A stretch of DNA of 64,000 bases from Candidatus Parvarchaeota archaeon (GCA_030615175.1 JAUWZX010000001.1:524044-588043); one strand, 5' to 3'; shown: positions 49,219 to 58,486, counted from the stretch's first letter. The notes: generated by a model not told the origin, from the sequence alone. A program made the numbers and translations.

Positions 49219-50496
49219 TCATTTTCTTTCTTTAATCTCATTCTTTAACTGCTTAATGAAGTTTTTTATTTTCACTCCGAATTCTGGTTTACTGCCTTTC
49301 TTCCTGACGGCTAACGTGTTGGTTTTCTCTTCCTTATCTCCGATGACAAGAATGTAAGGTACTTTCATTAACTCCGCTTCCCTGACCTTGGCATTAATGT
49401 GCTGTTCTCTTAAGTCAGTTTCAACTCTTAATCCTTCATCCTTAAACATCCCTGCAACTTCTTCTGATTTTTTATCATTCTTGCTCATGAAACTTATCAC
49501 TTTAACTTGGATAGGCGAAAGCCATAATGGAAGGTTCCCCTGCGTTTTCTCCAGGAGGTAAGCTATTGTTCTTTCAAAGCAACCAATTGATGAGCGGTGA
49601 ATAATCATTGGCCTCTGAAGTTTATTATCTTTATTCACATAAGTTAAATTAAATTTTTCAGGCAGGGCGAAGTCTATTTGAACAGTTATTAAAGTATCCT
49701 CTTTGCCGAAAACATTCTTGTACTGAGTGTCTAATTTAGGCCCGTAAAAAGCTGCTTTACCATCTGCTTCAACATATTTTAACTTTAACTTATCCAGTAT
49801 TCTCTTCATGGCTGCTTGGCTTTCCCTCCACGCTTTAGGATTATCAACGTACTTCTTCTTATCCTTAGGGTTCCATTTTGAGAATTGGTACCAGACGTCT
49901 TCAATCTTAAGTGTTTTCATTATGTAATTATTTAATTCTAAAACATTCTTGAACTCTTCTTCTAACTGGTCTGGTCTGCAGATTACATGCGCATCTGCCA
50001 GAGTGAATTGCCTTAAGCGCGTTAAACCCATTAACTCTCCTTTCTTCTCATTCCTGAATAGAATTGAAGTTTCAGCGTATTTTATTGGTAATTCCCTGTA
50101 ACTTCTCTGCTTGTTCTTGTAAATCATGAATTGGAAAGGACAAGTCATTGGTCTTAAAGCGAATTCTTCACCTCTTATATTGAATATAAACATGTCATCC
50201 CTGTAATGATCTAAGTGCCCTGAAATCTTGTATAAATCAGTTTTTGACAGTACAGGCGTGTCTGTATGCATGTAACCTCTTTTTAATTCTTCATCCTCGA
50301 TGAATCTTTCAAGCTCTCTTTTTATTGTTGCTCCTTTAGGGGTTAGTAAAGGCAGTCCCTTGCCAATAACGTCATTTGTAAAATATAAATCAAGTTCCCG
50401 TCCTAACTTGGAGTTACTTTTTAATATTTTTTTAGTCAAGGATAACGCCTCTTAGAATCATTACTGCACTGTCCGGCACTCACGCTTAGCGTCCAT
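49219..50496 (-). CDS. thrS: Threonyl-tRNA synthetase, catalytic and anticodon domains only (start either TTG 50439 or ATG 50496 via a predicted intron)
   Basis: KLGRELDL, LRPMTCP, FRNE, AFYGPK, IIHRS..G..ER, C-terminal anticodon domain; no editing domain. Confidence 0.93.
50444..50485 (-). other. Candidate BHB/BHL-type mRNA intron (42 nt) in thrS
   Basis: GGA/UCC helix, CGCU/GGCG central helix, 3-nt bulges AA|G and UU|A; excision removes three in-frame stops. Confidence 0.5.
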
Positions 50497-50520
50497 TAGA
50501 AGAATTATACAGGAGAGTCA

Positions 50521-50528
50521 TTTATAAA
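50521..50528 (-). promoter_or_regulatory. TATA box for thrS transcript
   Basis: TTTATAAA preceded by A-rich BRE-like run, 25 nt upstream of ATG 50496. Confidence 0.6.
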
Positions 50529-50577
50529 ATTTTTCATAACGAAAAGTATATAAGGTATTATTTTCAAGAATTATTTT

Positions 50578-51387
50578 ATGCAACCAATTGATGATTATAG
50601 TTATTTTTCTAAGAAGGAAAATCTAGATTCCATGGGGGATGTAGTACATGAATTAGCTTCTGTGTTACTTACTGATAAGGAGTTCATGGATTATATTTCT
50701 TCACAAACAAAGAAAGGAGATATGTCATTTAAAACGTATTCTGCTGAACTGAAAAAGCGCGCTATTCACTATTCGGATTACTGTGATAAAGTGATGAGGA
50801 ACTGTGAAATGACATTAGATATTATTAATCAATCAGGATTTTCAGAGTCAGATTTTTATGATGATAAACAAACTATTGAAAAAGTTTTGAATCATGTAAT
50901 AAATTGTAAAGAGAATATACTTAGTTTAATTAAAAGCATAAAAAAAGAACGCGTCCCTGCAGAGCCATTGCCAGAAGTCCATGAAGCAATAAATGAAGGT
51001 TTATTAACATATGAAGTGAAGATTAATGTTGAAAAATATTTCACCCGTAACAGCGTGCTGGACCTTTACGATATGATTATTAAAAGTGATGATTTGTCTG
51101 ATAATCTAAGAGAGAAGATTGTGAATTCAGGAGAGGGTTTTGAACAGCAGGATAAATACTTATTAGTTTTTACTCCAAAAAACAATGATGAGGGCTTATT
51201 ATACTTCTTATTCCAGGAAAACGGGTATTCAAGATATAATTCTTTAAGCGTTGTTAAAGCAAGTGTTAAGCCTGAACTTAGAAGCGTGGCTGTAACCGAG
51301 GTTAATACTCTTATTAATTTAATAACAGACCATCTTCATAATTCAAATATAAATAAGTATTTGACTGAAATGATAAAAATAATTTAG
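50578..51387 (+). CDS. Hypothetical protein
   Basis: 269-aa ORF, TATA box about 25 nt upstream. Confidence 0.6.
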   Translation: MQPIDDYSYFSKKENLDSMGDVVHELASVLLTDKEFMDYISSQTKKGDMSFKTYSAELKKRAIHYSDYCDKVMRNCEMTLDIINQSGFSESDFYDDKQTIEKVLNHVINCKENILSLIKSIKKERVPAEPLPEVHEAINEGLLTYEVKINVEKYFTRNSVLDLYDMIIKSDDLSDNLREKIVNSGEGFEQQDKYLLVFTPKNNDEGLLYFLFQENGYSRYNSLSVVKASVKPELRSVAVTEVNTLINLITDHLHNSNINKYLTEMIKII

Positions 51388-51956
51388 TACACCATGCAAT
51401 CTTTTATGCGTCTGGGAGCGTACTCTAATTCAAGTTCAATAGTCCGGTCATTTGAAAAGCTAAAACGGCACAGTCCTTTCCACAGATAATAAATGGCATC
51501 CTTGAATTTGTCTTCACTAACACTTAATTCAAACCCATTAAGGTTATACACTTCAGTAACGCCTTCAATGACTTTAAGGATGCTTGTTCCATTAATCCTG
51601 ATGAACTCATCCTCCTTTAAAGTAATTAAGAAGTAACCTAATCCATCTTTACACCCGCGCGATAAATTACCTCCAAACATTAGTACTGGCACGTCTTCTT
51701 TATCATGAATGTATAAACCGTATGATTCACCGCTTTTTAAAATCAGGCGCGGCCAGTAACCATCTGACTTCACTTCACTCGTCCCGTACTTAGCTTTCAA
51801 ATAATCATCAAGATTACGTTCCAAATTAGAAAAGAGTTTAGTAATTAATGGATGCAGCAATCCTAAATCACCAGTCCTGTAATTGTAAAACTCTTTCACA
51901 ACTTCATGTACCCGCTCCCTTACCGCGTTAGTGATAACAATGAACTCGCCTTTCAT
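51384..51956 (-). CDS. Hypothetical protein
   Basis: 190-aa ORF starting inside 49-bp repeat copy 1. Confidence 0.6.
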   Translation of the reverse strand: MKGEFIVITNAVRERVHEVVKEFYNYRTGDLGLLHPLITKLFSNLERNLDDYLKAKYGTSEVKSDGYWPRLILKSGESYGLYIHDKEDVPVLMFGGNLSRGCKDGLGYFLITLKEDEFIRINGTSILKVIEGVTEVYNLNGFELSVSEDKFKDAIYYLWKGLCRFSFSNDRTIELELEYAPRRIKDCMVY

Positions 51957-52022
51957 TAAACCTTAATTTACAATGATTAATGTAAAAAATGTTTCGAGAA
52001 GAGAAAATTATTTATAATAGGA

Positions 52023-52265
52023 GTGCGGTTAAAAAAAATCATGACAAATGATAGTGGATTATTACTAGAAATTAATAAGGAAGTTCGTGACTTAGAAGTA
52101 ACCCTGCTACAAGATTATCTCAGCGTGGATGAATTAACAGAGATTAAGATGACTTATTTTAATGAGTATGTAGTGGAAGTGGATAAAGCAATCACGAGCG
52201 ATTACATGAATTACGCGCAAGCCTACATAAATCATTTAACAGGGTTAATTAAGGATTACAAGTAA
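52023..52265 (+). CDS. Hypothetical protein
   Basis: Small ORF; start probably ATG 52041. Confidence 0.5.
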   Translation: MRLKKIMTNDSGLLLEINKEVRDLEVTLLQDYLSVDELTEIKMTYFNEYVVEVDKAITSDYMNYAQAYINHLTGLIKDYK

Positions 52266-52675
52266 AAACTATCAGGACCTTTATTAGGTACTAGTTCTTT
52301 ATTAGCTTTCTTTAATTCAATATGATAAAGCGGATTACCCTTATACGTTGCCTTCCATATATGATATTTATCAGGGTTTTGTTGAAGGTCATATGAATTC
52401 TTTAATATGAAAGACAGGGCCATGATTTTTCCATTAATGAATGTTAATTTTTTAACAACTGAATCAATGGCTTCCTTGTCACTGAAGTCTAATAAACCCT
52501 TTGGTTTGGTTTTATTTAATTTAAAGAATGCTCCAGCTAATGAATTAATTATTATTAATTGTTCCTGAAGCACTGTATCAGTTATCCACTTCATTGCCTC
52601 ATCTACTGAGATTTCCTGACCTTCAGTCTTAATTTTTTCAAGCATTTCATTTAAATTCTCAGGCTCGCCTTCCAT
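52256..52675 (-). CDS. Hypothetical protein
   Basis: 139-aa ORF starting inside 49-bp repeat copy 2. Confidence 0.6.
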   Translation of the reverse strand: MEGEPENLNEMLEKIKTEGQEISVDEAMKWITDTVLQEQLIIINSLAGAFFKLNKTKPKGLLDFSDKEAIDSVVKKLTFINGKIMALSFILKNSYDLQQNPDKYHIWKATYKGNPLYHIELKKANKELVPNKGPDSFYL

Positions 52676-52732
52676 TAAGCCTTAATTTACAATGATTAAT
52701 ATAAAAAATGTTGCGGAACTGGTTAAAAATGA

Positions 52733-53107
52733 TTAATATCCGAATAATTTCAGAATCTCTTCCTTTTCTTCTTTCATGAAATTATGATAACTTGCTTTTA
52801 ACTCACCCCAAGAAGTTGGTTTAACATTATCTCCTTCAAATTTAATGCAGAAGTCTCTTGCAAGATTCCAAATCACTTTTTCCAAATCAGCAGACTTTAG
52901 CTTTCCTTCATCATCTTCAATAATTTCAAAATACTTGATGTTAAACCTGTTTTGATAATCATTAATGCCTGGCAGCAAACGATTTTTTGGCACTCCTCCT
53001 CCAGTTTCCTTGTACATCATTGAAATAATCTTGTTTAAGAATCTTTCAGGATTAGGAAAAGTGATTATGTCTTCACAAATAATGATGCACTTCTTTTCAT
53101 CATTCAT
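52733..53107 (-). CDS. Hypothetical protein
   Basis: 124-aa ORF. Confidence 0.55.
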   Translation of the reverse strand: MNDEKKCIIICEDIITFPNPERFLNKIISMMYKETGGGVPKNRLLPGINDYQNRFNIKYFEIIEDDEGKLKSADLEKVIWNLARDFCIKFEGDNVKPTSWGELKASYHNFMKEEKEEILKLFGY

Positions 53108-53204
53108 TAATTAAAAAGTAATGATTCTATTATTTAAAATAATTTCTCTTCTCAGTCATGGACAATATAAATCTTTTTAATTAAATTAATTATTAACAAC
53201 CGTC

Positions 53205-53813
53205 ATGTTTGATGAACGGATAGCCAAGACAATTAATGTGTATGATGAAATTTACGAAGACTACGCAGAAGTGAATAAATCAATAAGTGTTGTTAAAGAA
53301 TTTCTTGATTACTTCATTGAAAACGTGAACGGCAAAGTGCTTGATGCTGGATGCGGTCATGGAAGAGACGCTAAGTACTTATCAGAACACGGGCTTGAAG
53401 TAACCGGGATTGACTTAAGCGAGAAGTTATTAGAGATAGCGAGAAATAATGCACCGAAAGCATTGTTCTATAATGAGGACATGATGAATTCAAGTTTCAG
53501 GAATAATAGTTATGACGGTTTATGGGCTTGCGGTTCATTTCTTCACATACCAGAAGAGCATTCTAAACAGACCTTAAATGAATTCTGCAGGGTCTTGAAA
53601 AAGAATGGTTTAATGTTTATCTGCGTTAAACAAGGAAGTGGAGAGGGTTTCTATAAATCCCCATATAAATCCTTACAGCATGATGATAAAGAAATATTCT
53701 TCAAGAATTACTCGGCAAGCGAGTTTAAAGAATTAATTGAAGATGCTGGTTTCAGAATAATAAATGGAAAAGTTGAGCGCGGATGGATTAATTATTTTGC
53801 ACTAAAAGAATAG
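53205..53813 (+). CDS. Class I SAM-dependent methyltransferase
   Basis: VLDAGCGHGRD, GIDLS, YDGLWACGSFLH. Confidence 0.92.
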   Translation: MFDERIAKTINVYDEIYEDYAEVNKSISVVKEFLDYFIENVNGKVLDAGCGHGRDAKYLSEHGLEVTGIDLSEKLLEIARNNAPKALFYNEDMMNSSFRNNSYDGLWACGSFLHIPEEHSKQTLNEFCRVLKKNGLMFICVKQGSGEGFYKSPYKSLQHDDKEIFFKNYSASEFKELIEDAGFRIINGKVERGWINYFALKE

Positions 53814-53854
53814 ATGAAGAAAGTTTATAATCCAATTAATCCTTAAATATATTC

Positions 53855-53935
53855 ATGGGATGCGGGTGTTGTATACCAAAACCAAAGAAAAAGCCAGTTA
53901 AGAAGAAAAAAGTAAAGAAGAAAAAGAAGAAATAA
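53855..53935 (+). CDS. 26-aa Cys/Lys-rich micropeptide, absent from ORF track
   Basis: MGCGCCIPKPKKKPVKKKKVKKKKKK; TTTATAA 25 nt upstream. Confidence 0.55.
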   Translation: MGCGCCIPKPKKKPVKKKKVKKKKKK

Positions 53936-53941
53936 TCTTTT

Positions 53942-54499
53942 ATGCTTGAGAGTTACACTGACGAAATCATATCAGGGATTAAATCAATAGATGAAATACC
54001 TCAAGGTGAATTGCCAGATTGTTTTTTTCTAAAATTAATGGATTTAGAGCACTTAATAATTAAACCATTCATTAAGGAATCATTAAAGAGAAATTGTTAC
54101 AGTTTACACTTGAATGATAAATTCCTTAAAGAAATTATAAAAAAACCAGTTAATATGGCATTAATTAAGTTAATTCAAGATTCTTTAAAGGAATGTGAAG
54201 AATTAAATTATTATCTCTTAAAACCTGGTGAAAGCGTTATTATACAAACATATGAATTCGTTGGCGTGGCACAAGCATTAACAGCCAGGTTTGAAAGAAA
54301 GGAGTTATTAAGAGGTTTGATTATAAAGCATTTAACGCATCATTACTTACATCATGGATTAGGAATTAAGAATCCATTACAATTAATAATTGAGTTAACG
54401 AATCCTGGACCAACCCCTTTCGAGGTTATTCCAATGCGCATGATTATGGGCGAATTATTAGGGCCTGAAGTGATTAACATGCATATTAAAAGAAGGTGA
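53942..54499 (+). CDS. Degenerate dCTP deaminase/dUTPase-fold protein
   Basis: LIIKPF, CYSLHL, YLLKPGESVIIQTYEFV, IIELTNPGP. Confidence 0.55.
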   Translation: MLESYTDEIISGIKSIDEIPQGELPDCFFLKLMDLEHLIIKPFIKESLKRNCYSLHLNDKFLKEIIKKPVNMALIKLIQDSLKECEELNYYLLKPGESVIIQTYEFVGVAQALTARFERKELLRGLIIKHLTHHYLHHGLGIKNPLQLIIELTNPGPTPFEVIPMRMIMGELLGPEVINMHIKRR

Positions 54500-54539
54500 G
54501 AGTAATCTTTTTATTATTCACGTTCATAATAAAGAGTTA

Positions 54540-55205
54540 ATGAATCCTTTTATTCAAATAGTGCCGCGGGAAGAAGAGGACTTAATTAATGAGGAATTCG
54601 TTAAAAGAGCTGCTAAGGAAATTAAGGAGACAATTAAGAGTAAAAGGCTTATAATATTTACAGGTGAGCCTGGACTGGGGAAGACGCATTACTTAAAGCG
54701 CGTTCATAAGAGGTTAAAGTCAAAGAAGGATTTCTTATTGTTTGATGAAATGCTTGCTAAGAGGTTGAATAATTACGTCAGGGTTGGGAATAAGACTTTG
54801 TTCATTGATAATCTTGACTTAAGCGAGGGATTGAATGATGAGTACTTATTCAAGTTATTGGATGAAATGAGTGAATTGCTTGAAGGGAAAGTGATAATGG
54901 TGACTGCATTGACTGAAAGGAATTACAAGAGATTTTTAAGGATTAATCCTTTACTGAGAGTTAAGACTAAGAGGATTAAATTACCCCGCTTAACGCATGA
55001 TGAGGCAGTAAAGTTAATAATTAAGAGATTAAATGAAGCAAGAATGAATAAAAGTGATGACGTGAGCCCGTTCACTAAGCAGGAGTTAAGAGAGATAATA
55101 AGCAAGTGCAATGGTAATCCTAGGATGATACTAATGCTTCTTGGACGCATTTACGAGTTAAGAGTTCTAAACTATGCTCCTAAGCCAGAAATGATTGAAT
55201 TATGA
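54540..55205 (+). CDS. AAA+ family ATPase
   Basis: GEPGLGKT, LFIDNLD, GNPR. Confidence 0.8.
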   Translation: MNPFIQIVPREEEDLINEEFVKRAAKEIKETIKSKRLIIFTGEPGLGKTHYLKRVHKRLKSKKDFLLFDEMLAKRLNNYVRVGNKTLFIDNLDLSEGLNDEYLFKLLDEMSELLEGKVIMVTALTERNYKRFLRINPLLRVKTKRIKLPRLTHDEAVKLIIKRLNEARMNKSDDVSPFTKQELREIISKCNGNPRMILMLLGRIYELRVLNYAPKPEMIEL

Positions 55206-55984
55206 AATACGAGCCTATCACTTTGTTAATCATGCTGTCATTATTCATAATTACAATGCTTTTCGGGTTATACGTTACTCAGAGTTACATGGAAGTGGAG
55301 TTACCTTATAATATTGAACCGCCCAAGATGAGTGCAGAATTCTCAGTTCCTTACTTTATTGGGGCAATAATTATGGTATCAGTAATCTTCTACGTATTCA
55401 CTAAATTAAAGTACACTAAATTCCTTAAATTATGGTTTTCTCTTGCAATCATTTTATGCATTAGCGTGTCATTATCATTGCTTATTGGCAACATTCCAGC
55501 ATTACTCGTGGCAGCAGTACTCGTCATACTAAGAGTTAAGGAAAAGGATTTATACATTCATAACTTAACAGAGATACTCATTTATGGTGGTTTAGTCTCA
55601 TTATTCATGCCATTATTTAATGTGTGGACAGCGCTCGTACTATTAATATTAATAAGTATTTATGATTACATTTCAGTCTTCATTACTAAGCACATGATAT
55701 TAATGGCTAAAGCTCAGAGCAAGGAGAATATTTTCACTGGCTTGATGATAAAGCATGCTGATGAAATGGCAATACTTGGCGGTGGCGATATAGCATTCAC
55801 ATTACTGTTCTCCAGCGTTATGGGTCAGGCATTCGGCATGCCAGCAGCTTACTTAACTGTTTACTTGGTAGTAATTGCCCTTGCAGTGTTAACAATTATT
55901 GGGAAGCGAGGCAAGTTCTACCCGGCAATGCCTTACTTAACGAGTGCTTGCGCGGCAAGCCTGGTAATTAATTTAGTAATATAA
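55202..55984 (+). CDS. Presenilin/signal-peptide-peptidase family intramembrane aspartyl protease
   Basis: SIYD, LGGGD, YPAMP. Confidence 0.92.
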   Translation: MKYEPITLLIMLSLFIITMLFGLYVTQSYMEVELPYNIEPPKMSAEFSVPYFIGAIIMVSVIFYVFTKLKYTKFLKLWFSLAIILCISVSLSLLIGNIPALLVAAVLVILRVKEKDLYIHNLTEILIYGGLVSLFMPLFNVWTALVLLILISIYDYISVFITKHMILMAKAQSKENIFTGLMIKHADEMAILGGGDIAFTLLFSSVMGQAFGMPAAYLTVYLVVIALAVLTIIGKRGKFYPAMPYLTSACAASLVINLVI

Positions 55985-56007
55985 AATAAAATAATTAGGA
56001 GGGGAAT

Positions 56008-56253
56008 TTATTTCCTTTTTCTCTTAGGCTTTAACATTCTTATCTCTGCCAGTATCTTATTCTGAGAGTCAAGTATTTTCTCTTCAATGGCAATGCTTCT
56101 TAATTCTAATTTCTTACCTGTTTCCGCAATCTCTGCTTCCTTTAATTCCATGCTCATCATGCGCCTAATACTAAGTACTAATGCGAATAATGTTCCAAGC
56201 ACTGCTGCAGTGATTAAGTAAAGAATGGTTATTTCACCAGTTCCAGTTGTCAT
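56008..56253 (-). CDS. Small membrane-anchored protein
   Basis: One TM, coiled coil, basic tail; SD upstream. Confidence 0.65.
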   Translation of the reverse strand: MTTGTGEITILYLITAAVLGTLFALVLSIRRMMSMELKEAEIAETGKKLELRSIAIEEKILDSQNKILAEIRMLKPKRKRK

Positions 56254-56260
56254 TACTCCC

Positions 56261-57022
56261 TCACCTCCTCGTCCATAGATAATTCATGACGATTCCCGCG
56301 GCATTAATTGATGATAGCCCGGGTTTGTCACATGTTAACTCATTAACATCAAGTCCTATGATATTATTTTTTAGGCATACAGTCTTTAAAGCATTTACTA
56401 AATCATGCATTGATATTCCTAGAGGCACTGGAGTGCTAACTTCAGGGCAGTGTGATGGGTCTAGAATGTCTAAGTCAATACTAATGTATAATTCGCTGCT
56501 TGGAATCTTATCAAGGTCCTTAATACTTATTAGTTCAACATTAGAATTCTTTAATGAGTTCATTTCTTCAATTGTTAAGTCCCTTACTCCTGTTAAGTAA
56601 ACTTTATCAACTAATTCTGAAATCCTTCGAGTAACAGTGGCATAGGATTCTTTCCTGCCATTGTACTCGTCATGATAGTCTGCGTGAGCGTCAAATATTA
56701 ACACTCTTTTTGGGCGTAAGGCTTTAATAACTGGAAGCGTGATTAAGTGTTCGCCGCCAATGAATATGAAATGCTGTCCTTTATTATTTTTCTTAATCCA
56801 TCTTTCCATTTCATTGTAGTTACTTATCGGGTCTGGACATGCTATTATGAACTTATCAAACACGTCCACTCTGGTTCGCATGTTAAGACTTGACAGTGAA
56901 TTAAATGATTTAATAAAGGATTTGTAAGCGTTAGGTGATTTCACTCCGCAAGTCATGTAGTAAGGCAGGCCCTGAATCACTATGTCTGCCCGGTCAGTAT
57001 CAGTAATTGCGTTATCAATCAT
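56261..57022 (-). CDS. speB: Agmatinase/arginase-family ureohydrolase
   Basis: GGEH, FDAHAD, SIDLDILDP, TPVPLG. Confidence 0.85.
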   Translation of the reverse strand: MIDNAITDTDRADIVIQGLPYYMTCGVKSPNAYKSFIKSFNSLSSLNMRTRVDVFDKFIIACPDPISNYNEMERWIKKNNKGQHFIFIGGEHLITLPVIKALRPKRVLIFDAHADYHDEYNGRKESYATVTRRISELVDKVYLTGVRDLTIEEMNSLKNSNVELISIKDLDKIPSSELYISIDLDILDPSHCPEVSTPVPLGISMHDLVNALKTVCLKNNIIGLDVNELTCDKPGLSSINAAGIVMNYLWTRR

Positions 57023-57028
57023 TTATTT

Positions 57029-57415
57029 TTAAGTCTTAGCAAGACTTCCTTTAAATACCTTAACAAAGTTTGGGCTCGCTATTAAGTAGTCCTCGTCCAT
57101 GCCTACAACGTTTCCTCCCATGACGTCGCATACGCGCTTTATCTTTGTTATAGCTCTTTTTAATTCATTAATGTCCTTGTCCTTCAGTAATTTAATTTTT
57201 ACTATGCAGATTGAGTAGCCTTCTCTCATGAAATCAAGTATTGGTTTAACATCGCTGAATTCATCTAGAATGCAGTACCTGACGTAAATGTTTGCCTGCT
57301 TGCCTGCCGGTTTCTCAGTTAATTCAATGTACCCTTCGTCATTTCTTTCTGATGCTTCATTTTCCTTAGGACTGTTGCTGAATCTTTCCTTAATCCTTTT
57401 AATTCGCATTTTCAT
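57029..57415 (-). CDS. sepF: Cell division protein SepF
   Basis: ILDFMREG, ELKRAITKIKR, GGNVVG...IASP. Confidence 0.85.
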   Translation of the reverse strand: MKMRIKRIKERFSNSPKENEASERNDEGYIELTEKPAGKQANIYVRYCILDEFSDVKPILDFMREGYSICIVKIKLLKDKDINELKRAITKIKRVCDVMGGNVVGMDEDYLIASPNFVKVFKGSLAKT

Positions 57416-57481
57416 AGAATCAAGTTAACTTACTTGATACTTAAATCCTTTACTATTTTAAGGGATATATTTTTGAATTCT

Positions 57482-57742
57482 TTAAATCTGTGTTTCTAGC
57501 AGTGAGATTACTTGCCATATCCTTGTCTTAGTATACATGTTAATGTTAGGGTCTTCAGTGATGTTCAATGCTTGTATTGCCTTGTCGCACTTCATTGATA
57601 TTTCACTTCCTTCTTCTTCAAGTATTTGAATGCATGAGTCAGTTGCGGTTCGTATGTTTTTAGAGATTACTGAGTCATTAGTTACTTCCTTTAGTAGTGA
57701 TAATGCTTCAGTTAATTCAGGAGTGCTTAATGCAGTCATCAC
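57482..57742 (-). CDS. UPF0147 family protein
   Basis: DSVISKNIR, DPNINMYTKTRIWQVISLLE. Confidence 0.85.
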   Translation of the reverse strand: MMTALSTPELTEALSLLKEVTNDSVISKNIRTATDSCIQILEEEGSEISMKCDKAIQALNITEDPNINMYTKTRIWQVISLLETQI

Positions 57743-58092
57743 TATGCGCCTCCCCCTTTAATGCTTGTTAATTGTTTCTGCAGGCTTTGAGCTTTATTAG
57801 TTATCCTGTCAATTTGCTTGTCAATGCTTTCAAGTCTTAAGTCAGTTAAGTCTTTCTTATCAGTTAATGATTTAGTTAACTCCACAGGAGCCTTCTTTAT
57901 TAGGATGTTGCCTACTAATTCATAAACTGTTGATTTAGGATTATTTTTTAATTCTTTTAGAGCGTTATCTATTTCTTGCTGGCGGATTTGTATGTTTTGT
58001 TTTTGAATCATTAATGCCTGTAATTGCTGCTGGTATTGTTGTATTTTCATTATGTTTTCCCTTGCTTGCTCGGGTATTTTCTGTTCTGGCAT
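57742..58092 (-). CDS. pfdB: Prefoldin beta subunit
   Basis: Coiled coils flanking VYELVGNILIK hairpin. Confidence 0.92.
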   Translation of the reverse strand: MPEQKIPEQARENIMKIQQYQQQLQALMIQKQNIQIRQQEIDNALKELKNNPKSTVYELVGNILIKKAPVELTKSLTDKKDLTDLRLESIDKQIDRITNKAQSLQKQLTSIKGGGA

Positions 58093-58312
58093 TATTCATC
58101 ACCTTTAAACTTGTCTCCAATAATTTTAAGCATGTGTTCATGCTTGCGCGTAGTGAGGGCACATCACTTGCCTTTATAAGGATTTCTAATCCTCGTGGCT
58201 TGATTCTTATTTCACTCTTTGCCCGCTTCGTTGCCCTCATGTCTGGTTTTAATGCGTCATGGATTAATTGTTTCTGGTTATGGCTTAACGGCACTTTTAT
58301 TATCGCCTTCAT
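57965..58312 (-). CDS. pcc1: KEOPS subunit Pcc1
   Basis: ALKPD, IKASDVPSLRASMNT.L; conserved rpoP-pcc1-pfdB order. Confidence 0.85.
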   Translation of the reverse strand: MKAIIKVPLSHNQKQLIHDALKPDMRATKRAKSEIRIKPRGLEILIKASDVPSLRASMNTCLKLLETSLKVMNNARTENTRASKGKHNENTTIPAAITGINDSKTKHTNPPARNR

Positions 58313-58314
58313 CT

Positions 58315-58452
58315 CTATCTTGCCTTCACTGACTTAACGATTTTAGGCCTCTTCTTGTATAGTATCCTGCCTCCGCAGTAAAGGCATCTTATTCTTCGCA
58401 CCACTTCATCTGCCTTAACTGTTCCACCGCAATTAAAACAGATATACTCCAT
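58315..58452 (-). CDS. rpoP: RNA polymerase subunit P (Rpo12)
   Basis: MEYICFNCG...IRCLYCGGRILYKKRP...VKAR. Confidence 0.95.
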   Translation of the reverse strand: MEYICFNCGGTVKADEVVRRIRCLYCGGRILYKKRPKIVKSVKAR

Positions 58453-58486
58453 GTTAAGATTTGGACAGGAAAAGGGTATATAAAGT

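Larger units (their letters stand above)
51945..52712 (-). repeat. 49-bp direct repeat (51945-51993, 52664-52712) covering promoter and first codons of two genes
   Basis: 46 of 49 positions identical. Confidence 0.93.
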
